A program made the position numbers and the translations under genes. The notes under the pieces are model-generated. The model searched no databases, was not told the origin of the DNA, and saw only the letters and a list, made by a program, of their open reading frames with translations. From NCBI RefSeq assembly GCF_009914755.1, contig NC_060931.1: a stretch of 64,000 nt of DNA. One strand, written 5' to 3'. Positions 13,279 to 33,739 of this stretch are shown piece after piece. The first letter of the stretch is position 1. Each line of letters starts with the position of its first letter. Source of the DNA: the human T2T-CHM13v2.0 reference genome, Homo sapiens.

Positions 13279-15175
13279 TCAATGTGTAGCTAAAAAAGTT
13301 AAATGAGTTCTATGGGAATATATATATGTACATAATCCTTTTTAAAGGTCTAATTAACTATATAAAGAAAAAAGAATCCTGAATATAAATTTATCTTGTA
13401 CGTTGTCTAGAAATTTTCACCAGGAGAGGGCACAACTTTACAAAAAATACATTTTCTTCTACTAAAAGAGAGTGTCTGAAGAAAGCAGGACCAAATACAT
13501 ACTGTCACATGTGATTTTTAAGACACTGAATTCCCTGAACCTTTGGCTTGAAAATAGATGTGAAAGGGTGGAAAAATCATTTGAGGACAACTGAGAAGTC
13601 TATTTTTATCTTGATACACTGAGAATATACATTGACTGTTTTAGTCATGTATTGAATAATTTGCTCTTGAAAGAAGAGTGTTCAGGGCCAAGGTTTGCAG
13701 GACAAGTATATGCAGCATTTATTTTGTGAGAGGATGAAATTTTAGTTTGAATTTCCATATTATTCTGCTCAATTATCAACTCTTTGAAGAATTGCAAGTT
13801 AATACAGATGACCTGGCTAAATTAATTAAAACATTTTCCTGCCTATTTATCTAATGTTTTAATTTTTCTCTACCTACAGAAAAGATTAAACATGGCTTTG
13901 TGAAATGCTTGTAATTTCACATGAAAACATTACATAATTTGAAAAGTGGTGTTTTACCGTATGATTTAAAATGTAAGAAGTATAAAAGAATAAAGCTTGA
14001 AAGTGCAATAGTCAAAGAGTATTCTACTCAAATCTCTAATCTAATATATGTAGTCGATGTTCATGGAATAGAGAAGAAATACGATAAAACAGATTCTCTT
14101 TTGGGAAGCCGTGTTTCCCTCCGAGGAACTAATGAAAGCTATACTCCCTCTCTCCAGAAAAAAAAAAATATAATTATGAATATGTTACTTAAGTAAGACA
14201 GGCTGCCCCAGAAGTAATACAAAGATAAATGTATTTATTACAGATTAACAAATTTTAAAACATAAATCCCTTTGAATTATAGGTTAAAAGTGTGCATGTG
14301 TATGCACACATGCATTACTAATCTCTCACCTACTCCATCTTTGCTTACATATGCCTTAATGGTTTGGAAGTGTTAAAGTTCCCGGATATCTTTTAAGAAC
14401 AGAAACTATTTTTGGTGGACTGTTACGTAGGCATGTGATATTAGGTAAGCCACCCCACCTAAGACTCAGTTTTCTCGTTGGTAAAATAGCTACTCTAACT
14501 TTACCTCCTTCATAGAATTGCTTCAAAGGTTAAACATGTTATTATACAAAAGGCATTTATTTTGTTGTTTGCCGTATTGCAAATGATCAACAAATCTTAA
14601 CTATTATTATTAGAAATAGTGGACAATTTTCAAATTATCATTTTCTTTCTGTTTTGCCTCCAGTAGGTGAACTGCTACACCTTAAAGGTACCAAGACACA
14701 TGATGTCAGAAGGTACAATTTAAACCTGACAGCGAAGGAAAAATATTGGAGTAGTAGCTATTGTGGAGAAAACCCTAGAAATGAAATCCAGGCCTTTAAT
14801 TACAAAAAAATAGAGACTAGTTTAATCAAAACTAAATATATTTATCCCCAACTCATTGTTTAATATTGGGACTATAGTTCTAAATATTGCTAGTAGTCTA
14901 CTGTATATGCTAACAAAAAATGGGCAGAGACAAAAAAAAAAAGGACTATTTGACTGAATTTTCAAATCAACTGCCAACCCATGGCTAAAGCCTAGTAAAG
15001 AATCATCATTTTAATTTAATTAAAAAAGAAACATTAAATAAAACAACTCTCCTTGAAAATAGAATTTGCATTAGTGTAGTCACAAGTGCTATACTAAGCA
15101 TATTAAAGTATCTAGAAGAAATTAAAATTTCTAGTCGTGAAATGGCACCATAAAATGAGCAAATTTATTATGTAG

Positions 15176-15607
<432 letters not shown>

Positions 15608-16707
15608 TGATGGTCATTTCCTAGAGTAGGAGTTATATATTTTAATCTCTCTCTGGAGAAGCTAATGTACCATTATCCTACTCAAAGTTACATAAATAGG
15701 CTTCCAACCTCATTGCTTTGCTTTTAAAAGTCTATTTTAGCTGCCATAGGGTGGTCTATCAGATGACGAGAAAAACTCACTCATTTTCAGAGATCATGTC
15801 TATTTCAGTCATTATTAAATATATCAAAACATTTGTTTTTAATAATATTAAATACATTAAAAATGGTACACTTCAAAATTTCCAAATGACACTTATTCTA
15901 TTAATATTCTTATATTTCCTTGATAGAACAAGAAATAATATAATATGCAAAATATGTTACCAAACATAAGGTAGATTATTGGATAGAACCTGAGATGGAA
16001 TTTCATGCATGGTACTGATCTGTGCACTAAGACTAAGAACTACTTTCTATTTCTCTGAAAGCTAGCAATGATTTCCATATATTACAAATAAACGTTTAAT
16101 TATTCCCTTCAGTTAATCATATAAAGATGGTATTTTCTTATTTTTATGACTATAACTATACAATGTAAAATGAATATTAAATTGGATGAGATATTTTAAA
16201 AGCAAAGTTTGTGAAAGCAATCTGTAAATACATTTACCTATTTCAGCCACATATAGGACAAAAGATACCATGTAAAACTGGGAAAATAATGAGATAATTA
16301 AACTGACTTTATACATCCTTAAAATTCTACTTATAGTCTCAAGTTTCCTTAATGCCAAATGTTACAGATAGTTTTTCCCTCATTCTAAATCAATGGTTTC
16401 AACTTAATCTTATGTTTTATTCAGACAAGGCTGGTGCCTTTCTTTTTTTTACCTAACTTCAGTGCAGGAAAAATAAAATTAAAAAAGTCATGCTGTGGTA
16501 TGCAAAACTATTCAGTAGAACAATTGTAATCCCAACAGTTTCCTCAGATCACTCTCTCGCAAAAAGTCAAAAAGATAAAAATGCCATATGAGTGGATGTA
16601 AATTACATTAAGTGTGCCTTCTGTGGTAATAACTACAAATTTATTCATTGCATTCTTCAGAAGAAAATCTTTGAAGTTTTCACAGAAACTTTGAAGAAAA
16701 AAATTAC

Positions 16708-16757
16708 CGAGCTGTCCAGGAAGCCATTCCCATCCGTGTCATAAAGGCGAAACATAA
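16708..16757 (-). CDS. DGKB: DGKB internal exon, 50 nt, phase 1-0; (F)MFRLYDTDGNGFLDSS, EF-hand 1 loop
   Basis: Translated by hand (too short for the ORF track); acceptor ctttcattctag|TT, donor TCG|gtaatt; DxDGNGxL EF-hand loop; phases match the neighbouring exons. Confidence 0.95.
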
Positions 16758-18929
16758 CTAGAATGAAAGAGGTGTTGAAAACAAGATTATAGGCAAATAA
16801 GATCAATGTTAGTTTAAAGTATATTCATTAAAATTTAGTTTGTGTTGAAAACAAATACTAAATTCCTCTCCTGCTCCAAACAATTAATTTGTGGGATTAT
16901 TTCTCAAACTAAATTGAAAATGAATTAATTAGTTAAAGAAATACTGGATAGCATAAAGTCTATCAAATTTTGTTTGTTTCTAGAAGACACTAAAAAGTAC
17001 TATTATTTGTTTAAACTCTTTATTACAAGATCATTAAATGTCAACTCAAAACTAAAAGAGAAGAAGTTGAAATATTCAAAGCCTGGGTATTAAAGAGCAG
17101 AGTGCATAAGGAAAAACAACAAATGTGAAATTTAGAAATCAACTATAATTTGAAATCCACTATTCACAATTATAAGAGCTTGGTCAAAAACTTTTCTTTA
17201 TCTGTAAAGTGAGAATAATCATTCTACCATAACAAATATTAACTGTGAAAGTTAAGGGAGGTGATAGACACAAAAGTGAATGTAAGCCATAGATCATGAT
17301 ACAAATAGATGCCATTGTTAGGATTGATCCCCAAGCAGTATGGGCGAGGAAGGCGGAGTGCAAAATAACAGGTTCTTTCTGATGGAGGAAGCCAGCACAG
17401 AAAAACTGCATTATGATCATGGCTCTCATGGTTTATTTGTTTAAATCTGAGGTGGAGCTTCAGAGGGTAACTGATGTTTGAACTAATCAAGTAAGGGAAA
17501 GGAGAACATTGGGTCTCTGTTAGGGGGTTCAGGAAAGCAGATGACAGAGGTCCCTGATGGGCCTGAGGATTCCCTTGTATAATTCACACATCCCCAGGAG
17601 GCTGTGGAGGAGGCCACAGGTGCCATTTTGAGATAAATAGAGAAGACAGACACAGCTGTAAAAATAGAAGAATGGAAGTACGGGTTTGTCTTGGGTTTGT
17701 ATAATTTCCTGAATGATCTTGATGTCTGAAGTCTATAATATTAATAAAGATGTTGATTACTAAGCAGCATAATTATATAATGACCCTGATGGTCTATTTG
17801 TAGGTGATTATTTTTGTATTTAATGGTTACTGCATTTCACCAATTCTAACATATTATTATTAATAAGATGCATAATTAGTCTATATATTGCTAAAAAGAA
17901 AAAAAGTTAGCCATGTCACTATAATATTATATTTATTGTAAGAGGCAAACAAATGTTAAAGATGTTAAAGTGTAAGAAAACAAATGTCTGTCTATTGACT
18001 TAAGGGCAATAATACTAAACTGGCTAAAAGACTTAAATATCTGTATTGTAAATCATGGTAATGATTCCTTCTCATACAGTCAATAAATGAAATAAAATGC
18101 AGAAGGAAACAGCAACTTACAACATTGTGGATACTAGGCATTTCAAGAGATTGTAGTGCAGCAGCAAATAGTGAAAAATATCTTTGTAAGTGGCAAGAAT
18201 TGACGGACTACTCAGAGAAATGATTAACTACCAGGAATAAGGCAAATATCTAGAAAAGCCTAAATATATTTCAGATTGAGGGACATTTATAACTCTGTTA
18301 ACCCTTACTGGAGTAAATGACTGCAAAATGACCATTTCACGTCGCTCAAATTTGTGGAAACCCTGTTCTGATTTGTTGACCTTAATGGGAACATGAACTC
18401 AAAGAAACACACATGGGTAGGATATATATAGATAATGGGCATTCATTACTGACAGTGTCTGAAACTTCTTCCTATTTTCTGAAAATCACACTTTATGAAG
18501 AGCATTAGAAAATGAAAACTCTAGATACCTTTTCTTTACTAGCCTGACTTGAAGCTAGACTGTGTGCATGGCCCAGGCTCCACCACACAGAAGCACAGTC
18601 CCAGGTTATCAATCAGATGCTAGTGACCTAAGCAAAAGAAGCTTGCACAGAATCCCTTCTGGTGATGGGAGGCGGCAGTGATTTCAGAGAGAATATCCAG
18701 GGTTCTGGATGAGTCAGGGGTGTTTCGAGGCAACCATCCCAGCCCAATTTAATACTTCATTTGGTCATCGTTCCTGAAAAGGCAGCCTCTAGAATTTGTT
18801 CTCTACCTCTCCCAGTGATTCTGCATGCTCCTAAATATCGCTTAAAAATAATAACATGCTTTATTAAAAACAACCAGTTGAAATAAACCCGTTTCTATGT
18901 CTTTCCCAAGGATAGTGTGTACTTAACGT

Positions 18930-19170
18930 TGGTTTTAAAAATGAACTTACTATTGTAATATTACACTTACAGATAAACGTATTATTTAACACCTTATTAA
19001 AGTGTACACACCAATGTAACTATTACCTCTAAATCGAAAAATAGAATTCTTACTAACAAATCAGAACCCCTTTCATCCTCCCCCATCATTATTTTTTCTT
19101 CTCTCTCCAAAGACACCCATTATCTTGACTTCTACATCTCTTCTTTTGAATTGAATTGAATATAACATTT
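18930..19170 (-). mobile_element. Ancient L1M fragment (left part, interrupted by the Alu/L1PA insertion)
   Basis: Degenerate L1M-like sequence that continues after the TSD at 25048. Confidence 0.5.
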
Positions 19171-19184
19171 AGAAAATGTTTGCC

Positions 19185-19707
<523 letters not shown>

Positions 19708-19891
19708 CTAACTGGGAGGCACCCTCCAGCAGGGGCACACTGACACCTCACACGGCAGGGTATTCCAATAGACCTGCAGCTGAGGGTCCTGTCTGTTAGA
19801 AGGAAAACTAACAAACAGAAAGGACATCCACACCAAAAACCCATCTGTCCATCACCATCATCAAACACCAAAAGTAGATAAAACCACAAAG

Positions 19892-20904
19892 ATGGGGAAA
19901 AAACAGAACAGAAAAACTGGAAGCTCTAAAAATCAGAGCGCCTCTCCTCCTCCAAAGGAACGCAGCTCCTCACCAGCAACGGAACAAAGCTGGATGGAGA
20001 ATGACTTTGACGAGCTGAGAGAAGAAGGCTTCAGACGATCAAATTACTCTGAGCTACGGGAGGACATTCAAACCAAAGGCAAAGAAGTTGAAAACTTTGA
20101 AAAAAATTTAGAAGAATGTATAACTAGAATAACCAATACAGAGAAGTGCTTAAAGGAGCTGATGGAGCTGAAAACCAAGGCTCGAGAGCTACGTGAAGAA
20201 TGCAGAAGCCTCAGGAGCCGATGCGATCAACTGGAAAAAGGGTGTCAGCAATGGAAGATGAAATGAATGAAATGAAGCGAGAAGGGAAGTTTAGAGAAAA
20301 AAGAATAAAAAGAAATGAGCAAAGCCTCCAAGAAATATGGGACTATGTGAAAAGACCAAATCTACGTCTGATTGGTGTACCTGAAAGTGATGGGGAGAAT
20401 GGAACCAAGTTGGAAAACACTCTGCAGGATATTATCCAGGAGAACTTCCCCAATCTAGCAAGGCAGGCCAACGTTCAGATTCAGGAAATACAGAGAACGC
20501 CACAAAGATACTCGAGAAGAGCAACTCCAAGACACATAATTGTCAGATTCACCAAAGTTGAAATGAAGGAAAAAATGTTAAGGGCAGCCAGAGAGAAAGG
20601 TCGGGTTACCCTCAAAGGGAAGCCCATCAGACTAACAGCGGATCTCTCGGCAGAAACCCCACAAGCCAGAAGAGAGTGGGGGCCAATATTCAACATTCTT
20701 AAAGAAAAGAATTTTCAACCCAGAATTTCATATCCAGCCAAGCTAAGCTTCATAAGTGAAGGAGAAATAAAATACTTTACAGACAAGCAAATGCTAAGAG
20801 ATTTTGTCACCACCAGACCTGCCCTAAAAGAGCTCCTGAAGGAAGCGCTAAATATGGAAAGGAACAACCAGTACCAGCCACTGCAAAATCATGCCAAAAT
20901 GTAA
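19892..20904 (+). pseudogene. L1 ORF1p, frameshifted
   Basis: ORFs 19892..20266 and 20200..20904 together give MGKKQNRK...QNHAKM; 1-nt loss near 20236 (ctggaaaaaggg vs consensus ctggaagaaaggg). Confidence 0.95.
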
Positions 20905-20940
20905 AGACCATCGAGACTAGGAAGAAACTGCATCAAATAA

Positions 20941-24795
<3,855 letters not shown>

Positions 24796-25047
24796 ACAAT
24801 GAGATCACATGGACACAGGAAGGGGAATATCACACTCTGGGGACTGTGGTGGGGTGGGGGGAGGGGAGAGGGATAGCATTGGGAGATATACCTAATGCTA
24901 GATGAGGAGTTAGTGGGTGCAGCGCACCAGCATGGCACATGTATACATATGTAACTAACCTGCACAATGTGCACATGTACCCTAAAACTTAAAGTATAAT
25001 TAAAAAAAAAAAAGAAAAGAAAAGAAAAAAAAAAGAAAATGTTTGCC

Positions 25048-25950
25048 AATCTTTTCTTCTCCTATTACAAAACAAAATGAAAAACAAACCAAAATAACAC
25101 TGCTGGATTTCTAATGAGATTGTACTGAACCTATAGATCTGTTTGGGGGAGAATCTTTAAAATGCTGAGTCTTGAAATCTACAACCATATTATATTCTTC
25201 TTTATTTAGAGCTTTAATTTCTCTCAATAATATTTCATATTGTTCTGTATAGAGACCTTTCAAATAGTTTTTAAAGATTTATTTCCAGGTATTTAAAAAT
25301 TTTGATTTGATAAATGGTAAAATTTCTTAAATTTTATTTACCTATTATTAGTTGATGTCATACAGAAATACAAGTGATTTTTATTTCTACCTTGTAGGCA
25401 TAGATCTTGCTAAACACACTTATTAATTCAAGTACTTGATCTATCTATAGATTACTGGGTAGTCTATAATAAACAATGAATTTCAATTTCTTCTTTCCCA
25501 TTCTCATAAACTTCATGGATTTTTCTTGCCTTATTGCCATGAGCAATGATCTCCAACAGAAAGTTGAACTATACTTAGAGTAGTGGCCATTCTTGTCTTG
25601 TTCCCAATATCAATGAGAGAAACTTCAATATTTCACTCTTAAATATAAAGTTTGATGGGTGTTTCTTATATATACACATTATTAGATTAATGGAGTTCTA
25701 TACTACTTTTATTTCGCTAAGAATTTTTGCTATTACAGTTGTTTTGTTTTTAATCATGAATAGAATGCATATGGAATGTGATAAAATACTTTTATGATTT
25801 TCTTCTTTATTCTCTTAATGTGGCATAATACATTGTTTCATTTTCTAAAGTTAAGTCAAATTTAAATGCCTGTAATAATCCCAAATTGAACCTGGACATG
25901 TTATTTTAGCTACTTTACATATATAACTGTACTTGATTGCTAATATCTTG
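25048..25950 (-). mobile_element. Ancient L1M ORF2-region fragment (right part)
   Basis: gagattgtactgaacctatagatctgtttgggg and agtggccattcttgtcttgttcccaat resemble the antisense L1 ORF2 of old subfamilies. Confidence 0.7.
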
Positions 25951-27472
25951 TTTCCTTTCTGCTTGTTATCTGGAAAAATATATGAATGACTTGTACTTTA
26001 ATTTCTTTAATTAAATGGAAAAAGCCATGCTTCCTTCTCCCAAATATTTGCCCTAAAAATCCAAGTTGCTTTGATACTTCCCTGAAAATTTTGAACAGGT
26101 TTTTAAAATACACATTCGTTCCAAATTTTCCAGTTGATTCCAGTAGGAAGGTTGGTCTGAAAATCCCTACTTCACTAGTGACTGAAGAAACTAATATTTT
26201 AAATAATTTATTCCTAAACACATTAACAAGAGTTAATGCTCTATAAATCCTGTCTAATTCATCAAGGAAGAAAGTTTGGAGAGTTTTAAGCTCTAGTTAA
26301 TATAATAACAATAATAAAAATATCATACATATATTGAGTACCAAGTACCATATACTCTAAATATTACCAAGTCAAGGTCAAGGATAGAACTTTTCTTTCA
26401 TCCAGAAGAAGAAAGAGAAATTCAAGGACTTTAATTTTCAGTGATAAGTCTACTTTTCTAATTTAAAATTGTAGCTAGGTAATGCAAAACATGAAGTATT
26501 GAACACACATATTTACCTTGGTTTTCTATTGAAGTACCACTATAGTAACAGTAAGAGATGAAATAGGTATAAATCTATAAGCAGAAATAAAATATGAGAG
26601 GAGAAAACACTAACACAATTTTCAGGAGCTGGAGAAAATATGTACACATGTATATTGACTTAGAGATCTTAGAAATATAAATGTAAGCTGGCAGAGGAGA
26701 AGAAGCATAGATTTGCTTAGAAAGGGTGGTGAGTTGGAAAATTAACAGATTATCTTCACAGGATGATCTCTGGGGAGTATGTAAGCTCTCTTCCCCAACA
26801 GAAGACTAGATCTTTGAGTTCTGCAAAAGTGAAATGAAAGGAATTCTGGGCTAAAGGTACTCAGGAATTCTGAGTATAAGGATACAATACCAAAACAAGG
26901 TAATTATGTGAAAGCGAATATACCGAATATTGAGAGAATAAGTCCTTTTCCTTATCCCCAGTAAGTCAATACCATCCGTATGGATACTCACCTATACAAC
27001 TACTACCATCAGAAAAGTTCTTTCAACACAAGTAGTTTGGAAGAAAACAACAAAGCAGGGAGGAGGGGAAACCTTATAACTAAAAGGAAAGTTTCAATCC
27101 ATGAAATACAAATAGGAACACATAAGGATCAAGCTGAGAATAAAATGGATTCTCTGTGAAGTTAAATGTAAGGAAAAAGTGGGAAAAATCTCATCACCAG
27201 GTATAAAAGATGTCCCAGATATGGAGTGAAAAACATAAGAAGAAAGAAAAGAAGATGGAAAATAGAAAAAGCAAGAAAAAATAGTAATTCAGAGTTCTGT
27301 CTTGGATGTTCAGCATCCAAATAATATTGGTTCTAGAAAGAGAACAACTAAAATAAAGGGTGAAAGTGATTATCAATGAAAATATTCAAGAACAAATGAA
27401 GAACGCAAGTTTATGAACATAAATTTATGGTGGAGAATTTGGGAATTGATTAGTTATAGAAATAGAGAAAAT

Positions 27473-27739
<267 letters not shown>

Positions 27740-29108
27740 TTAAGTAAGAAAAAAGGCAATTATTAACTCCATGGAAAATAAAAGTTGTTTGGCCTGGTGA
27801 GCCTATAAAACCTTTCTCTTTTAAAACTATATTTAAAAATAATATAGACATTATTAATATTGAATTTTCAAATTATATAGTAAGACTATTTCTTAGTATT
27901 CAAAAGTAAAGTCAGGCCCAAAGGTCAAGGGAATCACTGAACAAAAGGATCATATTTTTAAAAACAAAATAAATATATAGCTGTTTGGCTGCAAAAATTT
28001 AAAAAGCCCAATGTTAAAATTATTCTGACAACACGACAGCTTCCAAATATGGGTATACCTGCTTCAATGTTATAAACTAGTTTAACCCACATTTTTTCCT
28101 ATTTTTATGCTCATGTCATTTCACTTTATATAGAAACAATTATGCCCACACATGTATTTAGTTAAAAGATCAGAGCAAAGGCATATTATGCAAGATAATT
28201 TTTTATATCCAAATTTTTTTTCCTTCCAAAAGATTTGCAAGTTTCTATCTGTTTTCATAATGAATATATCCTACTATACACACTCTGGTGTTTTGCACTT
28301 GCCATTATGTGTTGTTGATATGAGCATTATATGATATATGTTATTAATATAAACAATGTAAAATATATTTAGAAAAGGCACTTAAGCTGGAATTTCTTTA
28401 ATTCACTTTTTTCCACTCTTGTATATTTTGATACTGATTTAATAAACTTTAAAAGCAGAGGTGAAAAAATCAGCTGCTTAGGTGTGTTTGACATCCAGTT
28501 TAATGGAGAGAGATTTTCGCCTTTTATTCATAAGAGAAACAACAATAAGAACAACAAAAGACAGCTTTTCAAAATAAAAAGAGCCCTATAAAGTAGCTCA
28601 GAAATTATGGATTTTAGTAATAGCTAGATAAACTGGTGGTGTAATTAATAACCACCCTCTCTTGGTCTTTTTTTTTTTTCATTGTCAAACTATAGGAAAG
28701 TTGACTAGATGGTCTTTAAGGTCTCTTCATTATTAAATCTCATAGTTTCTAAGGTTAATACTGCACAGGGAAGTAACTTTTAACATGTAGCTTACTATTC
28801 AGTCTCCATATGTCAGTTATCTACTTTCTGAATATTGATTCCCTATTGATTTTCTCTTTAGTGATACATTTTAAGGAAATGTAAGATAATATAAAAAATT
28901 CTTGTTAAATAATTGATAACTTGATAAGCACAAATTCAAAAGTGAATATCATGTATTTTAAAGTCAAAAATATAAAGTTAGTATTATTCAATATCTTAAA
29001 TAGTTGATGTTATTTTTATATTTTCAAGCACTCATTGACTTTATTTTTACCCATTGACTTTAATACACTTCCATTTAACTATCATTTATTGAGCATATAC
29101 CTGTTGAA

Positions 29109-29136
29109 ACACACACACACACACACACACACACAC
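29109..29136. repeat. (AC)14 microsatellite
   Basis: Direct reading. Confidence 0.97.
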
Positions 29137-30703
29137 TGATGTAGGTGCAAGGGTACAAAAGAGAGCAAAATAAATCCAATTAGGAGATGGCAAGAAGATT
29201 CATGATGCAGGGTAAGCCTCAAATGTGGACTAGACTCAATCAAATATACACTGTGGGGAGGCAGGGGGTTGAAACCCAGCAATTGCACATTGTAATCAAA
29301 GGGATCAAAGTGGAAAAGTTCAGGGTTTGTCTGATGATAGAAAAGTTAACCCTTGTGACTAGGACATGGTTTGTGCATATGTGTGCAGGTCACAGCCAAA
29401 GCAAGCCTGGCAGAGTAGGTTGGGGTCAAACTGTGGAGTCAGATCGGTGTATGCACGCCAAGTTAAGGGTTTCAATTTTACGCATTATGAAATCAGGAAC
29501 TATCAAAGGGGATTTTTCACTCTGAATCAGAAGAGAAACAGAAAAAAAATAAGTATGTTAGTTGATAAGGTTTTAAGTAAGATGAAAGGAAGTTGCAAGA
29601 ACATACACTTAATGAGTAAGATGATGATTAAATAGGTAGGTGTTTGGAAAAAAAAACATTATCTGGATTAACTTTTAACTAGAAAACTAGACAAGAGAAA
29701 CACTGAGCACTGAAGGCCAGCTGAGGTTTTGAGTAGAGCTATAACCCAAAGAATTATATTTTTATTTCACTAAGTCTCTGCCACTCAGTATAGTATAGGA
29801 GCAAATAAGTTGAATGTCTGAAATTAAGTGTGAAAAACTAATTGACATCATGGATTATGAGATCAGTTTAAATTTGAAAGGATGGGCAACCAAAAGTCAG
29901 CAAGCAAATTCAAGAGGGAGTAAAGTGGGCAAGAGTAAAACAGTTTTAATTTACTTTTATTTCACCTAACATGCATTTATGGGAAGTAATAAGTGTGAAG
30001 GAATGTATGTGAACAAATACTAGTTTAATCTAATCCTCATAGTTATCCCATGGGACAGAGACTATTTAATGATCTCAATTTTACAGTTGAGAAAACTGAG
30101 TCCTGAGGAAGTTTTAAAAATGAACTCAGATCACTGAGACAGTTAATTCTCAACCTAGGGTTTGCATTCAATCATTATAAATCAAGAGTCAAGGTTTTTA
30201 ATTATTGTACTATGCAATAATTAAATTAAAAGTAGGAGAGTGAGAAGTTAAGTGAACATAGGCTGGGATCAAAGTAAAATTGACAGTTTAGTTTTGGAAT
30301 AATAGCAGTTCTCGACAGTTACAAGGCTTGGAGTATTGTAACAGAAGTGAATGGCTGAAAGAAAATGGAGGCAAAGCCACAGGATTTGAGGGTAAAAGAG
30401 AGGTTGGTGACTTTCCCTAAAGTACTATGGAGCACTTGAAGTTAGAAGGGCAAATCAGTCCTGAGACCATGTCCTTGTTCATTCACAGAGGCTGTTGGTA
30501 ATTGGTACCAACAAGGAGAGATAAAAATGGAATTCCCCACAACCCCAACACACACAGGCACACATGCACGTATGCATGCATGCAAAAGCACACATCCAAG
30601 GGTAACAAACACCTTCTACCTGATAGAGCCTTGGGACGGGAAGGTCCTCAGAGAGAAGAATTAGGATTGCATAAAGGAAATAAAGCTGAAGACATGGCTT
30701 ATA

Positions 30704-30910
30704 TGGTAAGTCCTCAATATAATTGCTAGATACTGGGAAACTGTGACTTCAAGCAAAACAATGTACAGAGGGTTCTCGAATAACACCCTTTCCTTCTATG
30801 ACATTTTGTTATAACATTGATAAGCAAAAAGTGGTTTTGTTATATACATTTCTCAACTTCAAGTCACAGCTTCCAAAACCCTATTGAGGATGTTAAGTGA
30901 GGACTTCCTG
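30704..30910. mobile_element. MER6B-like TcMar-Tigger MITE
   Basis: Terminal inverted repeats gtaagtcctca / tgaggacttcctg with flanking TA; internal ctcgaataac motif. Confidence 0.7.
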
Positions 30911-31230
30911 TAATCAGTAAAACATTTGGGAACTTTTGTTTGTTATTCTTTAACGGAATAAGCTTTATAATAAACATGGTGTAAATACCTGGCAGAAAAG
31001 ACAGGCAATGGAAAGTGGCGGGAGGCACTGAATAGATTTTAAAAATATTTGGGGAAACAAAGTATTACTTATATAAACATTGACAACAGTGTAATTCGTT
31101 TATCTAATAACCCAGGTAAAATACCTAACAAATACTGCCACTATTCATCAACTCCAGGAAAAACAACTGTTGTGTCAGGTGAATTCCTTGTGTATATGTG
31201 TTTTCACTGGACAGAAGGAATTGCATAAGC

Positions 31231-31387
31231 CAGTGCTTCTCAAAATGTGATCCCTAGAACAATAGCATCCGCATCACCTGGAAACTTGTTAGAAATGCAC
31301 ATTTTCAGATCCCACCCCAGGCCAGCTGAATCAGATATACCAGTCCTGCAGGTGACTCTGATGTGTGATAAAGTTTGAGAACCTCTA
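31231..31387. mobile_element. MER5A-like hAT MITE
   Basis: cagtgcttctcaaa...catcacctggaaacttgttagaaatgca...aagtttgagaacc. Confidence 0.8.
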
Positions 31388-33502
31388 ACCTAAATCAAAT
31401 TTCTTTCTGCTTAGCTACCCTGGAAGTATGAGCCAAATTCAACATTGACCTGCAAAAGTTAATTTTAGGTACTTGTTCACATCTGTTTCTGTGTTAATTA
31501 TAATTGCTTTTTCTTATTTTCATTTTTCTGGTCTATATTGTATTTAGTAAATTGTAATCCTTTTGGAGTATTTATTAAACTAACAATCAACACAAATTTT
31601 TGAAGTCTTACTGACAATTTGTTTTTAAAAATCTGTAACTGTAAAATAATACATGTTAGTAACTTTTACATATGCAATTTTAGAAGGGTAAACATATGTG
31701 GTAAATTGTTAAGAAAGTGGATGAGGAAGATTGATTGTTATTTAATTGACACAGGAAAGAGCTAGGCATTGGCATTAAAAAAGAAAAAGAAAGAAAACCA
31801 AACTTCGGATGATTCTGATGTATAGCCAGGGTAAGAATCACCAGATTAGAAGATAGGAGAAAAGAGACCTACGGCATCATGTATTTTGAAGAGTTTGGTG
31901 AAAATGATAGTGATAATTCTGGGCCATAACAAGACTGCCTATAAGAAGAGTCTGAAGAAATGGTTTAAAACAAAAGGAAAAGGCAATGCATCTAGTGTAA
32001 GCTTGAAAAAAAGCTGGGAAACTCAAAGAAAAAAACAGAGAGAAGGGGGTTAAGAACACTAAAGAAAAGTAAATGGCAGGTCAGTGGATGAGATTCATCA
32101 TGTCTTTTTGAATAGTGTGGTGAGTCAACATTCTATCTGCAACTGTAGACAAAATCTATGTGGGTTCAAGGATGCACATGGAAAACTCAAAAGCATTCTT
32201 CTTAGGAATTCCACCTAAAAAGCAATATACATCCAGCTGACCTAGAAATAGTTAAACAGCAAGACTAAATACCATCTTGGGGAGGATGGATGGGGCCTTT
32301 ATTCATTTTCAGATGTGGAAAAAATGTTTGTCTTTATATGTTTATAATCATCCCAAATGTGCTCCTGATAACACCTGAGCAAACTTTCTCTCTGGCTGTC
32401 ACTTCAATAGAAATTCACTGAACATTAATATTTACTTTGGAATGAGACAGATTTCTGTAAGTTCTTAGGAATACAAAATAAATCTTGAAATGCAAATATT
32501 GAACATTTATGAATAATAAATATATATTTAAAGATGATATTCATATGGTTTATTCATAACCTAAGCATGTGTGACTCTTAAATAATCACATTACAGTAAA
32601 TCCTTTATGGGAAGAAGAAATATTATCAAAAAGTTACTACTAAATTTAACTAAAAATGCCCCCCAATAATAATTCTGAGACGTCATGATTATTTACATTT
32701 GCTTCAGAAGTGTTAAAGTTTAGATTTGTTATCTTCACTATCATTCTAGTAGCAAGCATTTTTCATTAAATTTACCATATCTTATATAATCAAATTTATC
32801 AGGTTATTGAGTAAGCTGCCAGGACTATATTTAGAAAGAACCTCAGAGATAGAATAGATGATCAAATGATCAGGTTTAGAGTAAATGCTTGAAAAATATT
32901 TTCTTATATTGCAATGAGTATAGTTAGCCACCAGAGAGAGCTCAGTCACTATGTTTTATTAAAGACAGTAATTATTTACTTTCAACTGAATAGAAATTCT
33001 CTATCCGCCATGTCCTAAATTTAAGAAACAAAGCTATTGTTTAATGATTTATAATATCCAGAATCAAATACTATAAATGACACTTTCAGGTTTAGCATTT
33101 GAGGAATAATGTGTCTCTGCCAACAAGAGTGTTAGTGCTGAAGATTGCAAGGGAGATTTCCACTGGGGAAAAGGTGCAGGTTGCATATTTACAGGCAATT
33201 TTCTTACTCACTAATGGGAAGGTTTCTTCACACACTAGAAATACATGCTTTATGAAAACAACACAAAGGCTATTTTCTAATAGCATCTTGTTAACTCCAG
33301 AGAACTGAGGAACAGCTTTTTAAAGTCATATGACAAACATAGGAAATAATCAGTAGTAAATGGAACTTGATAAATAAGAACCTGAAATTAATAGATCTTA
33401 ATATCTTTTGTCTGATCCTCAGCAGGAGGAAATTTTTACTATTAAGCAGGATCACTTTATTCAACAAAAATTATACAACTATACTAATGCAATTTTAAGT
33501 TA

Positions 33503-33739
<237 letters not shown>
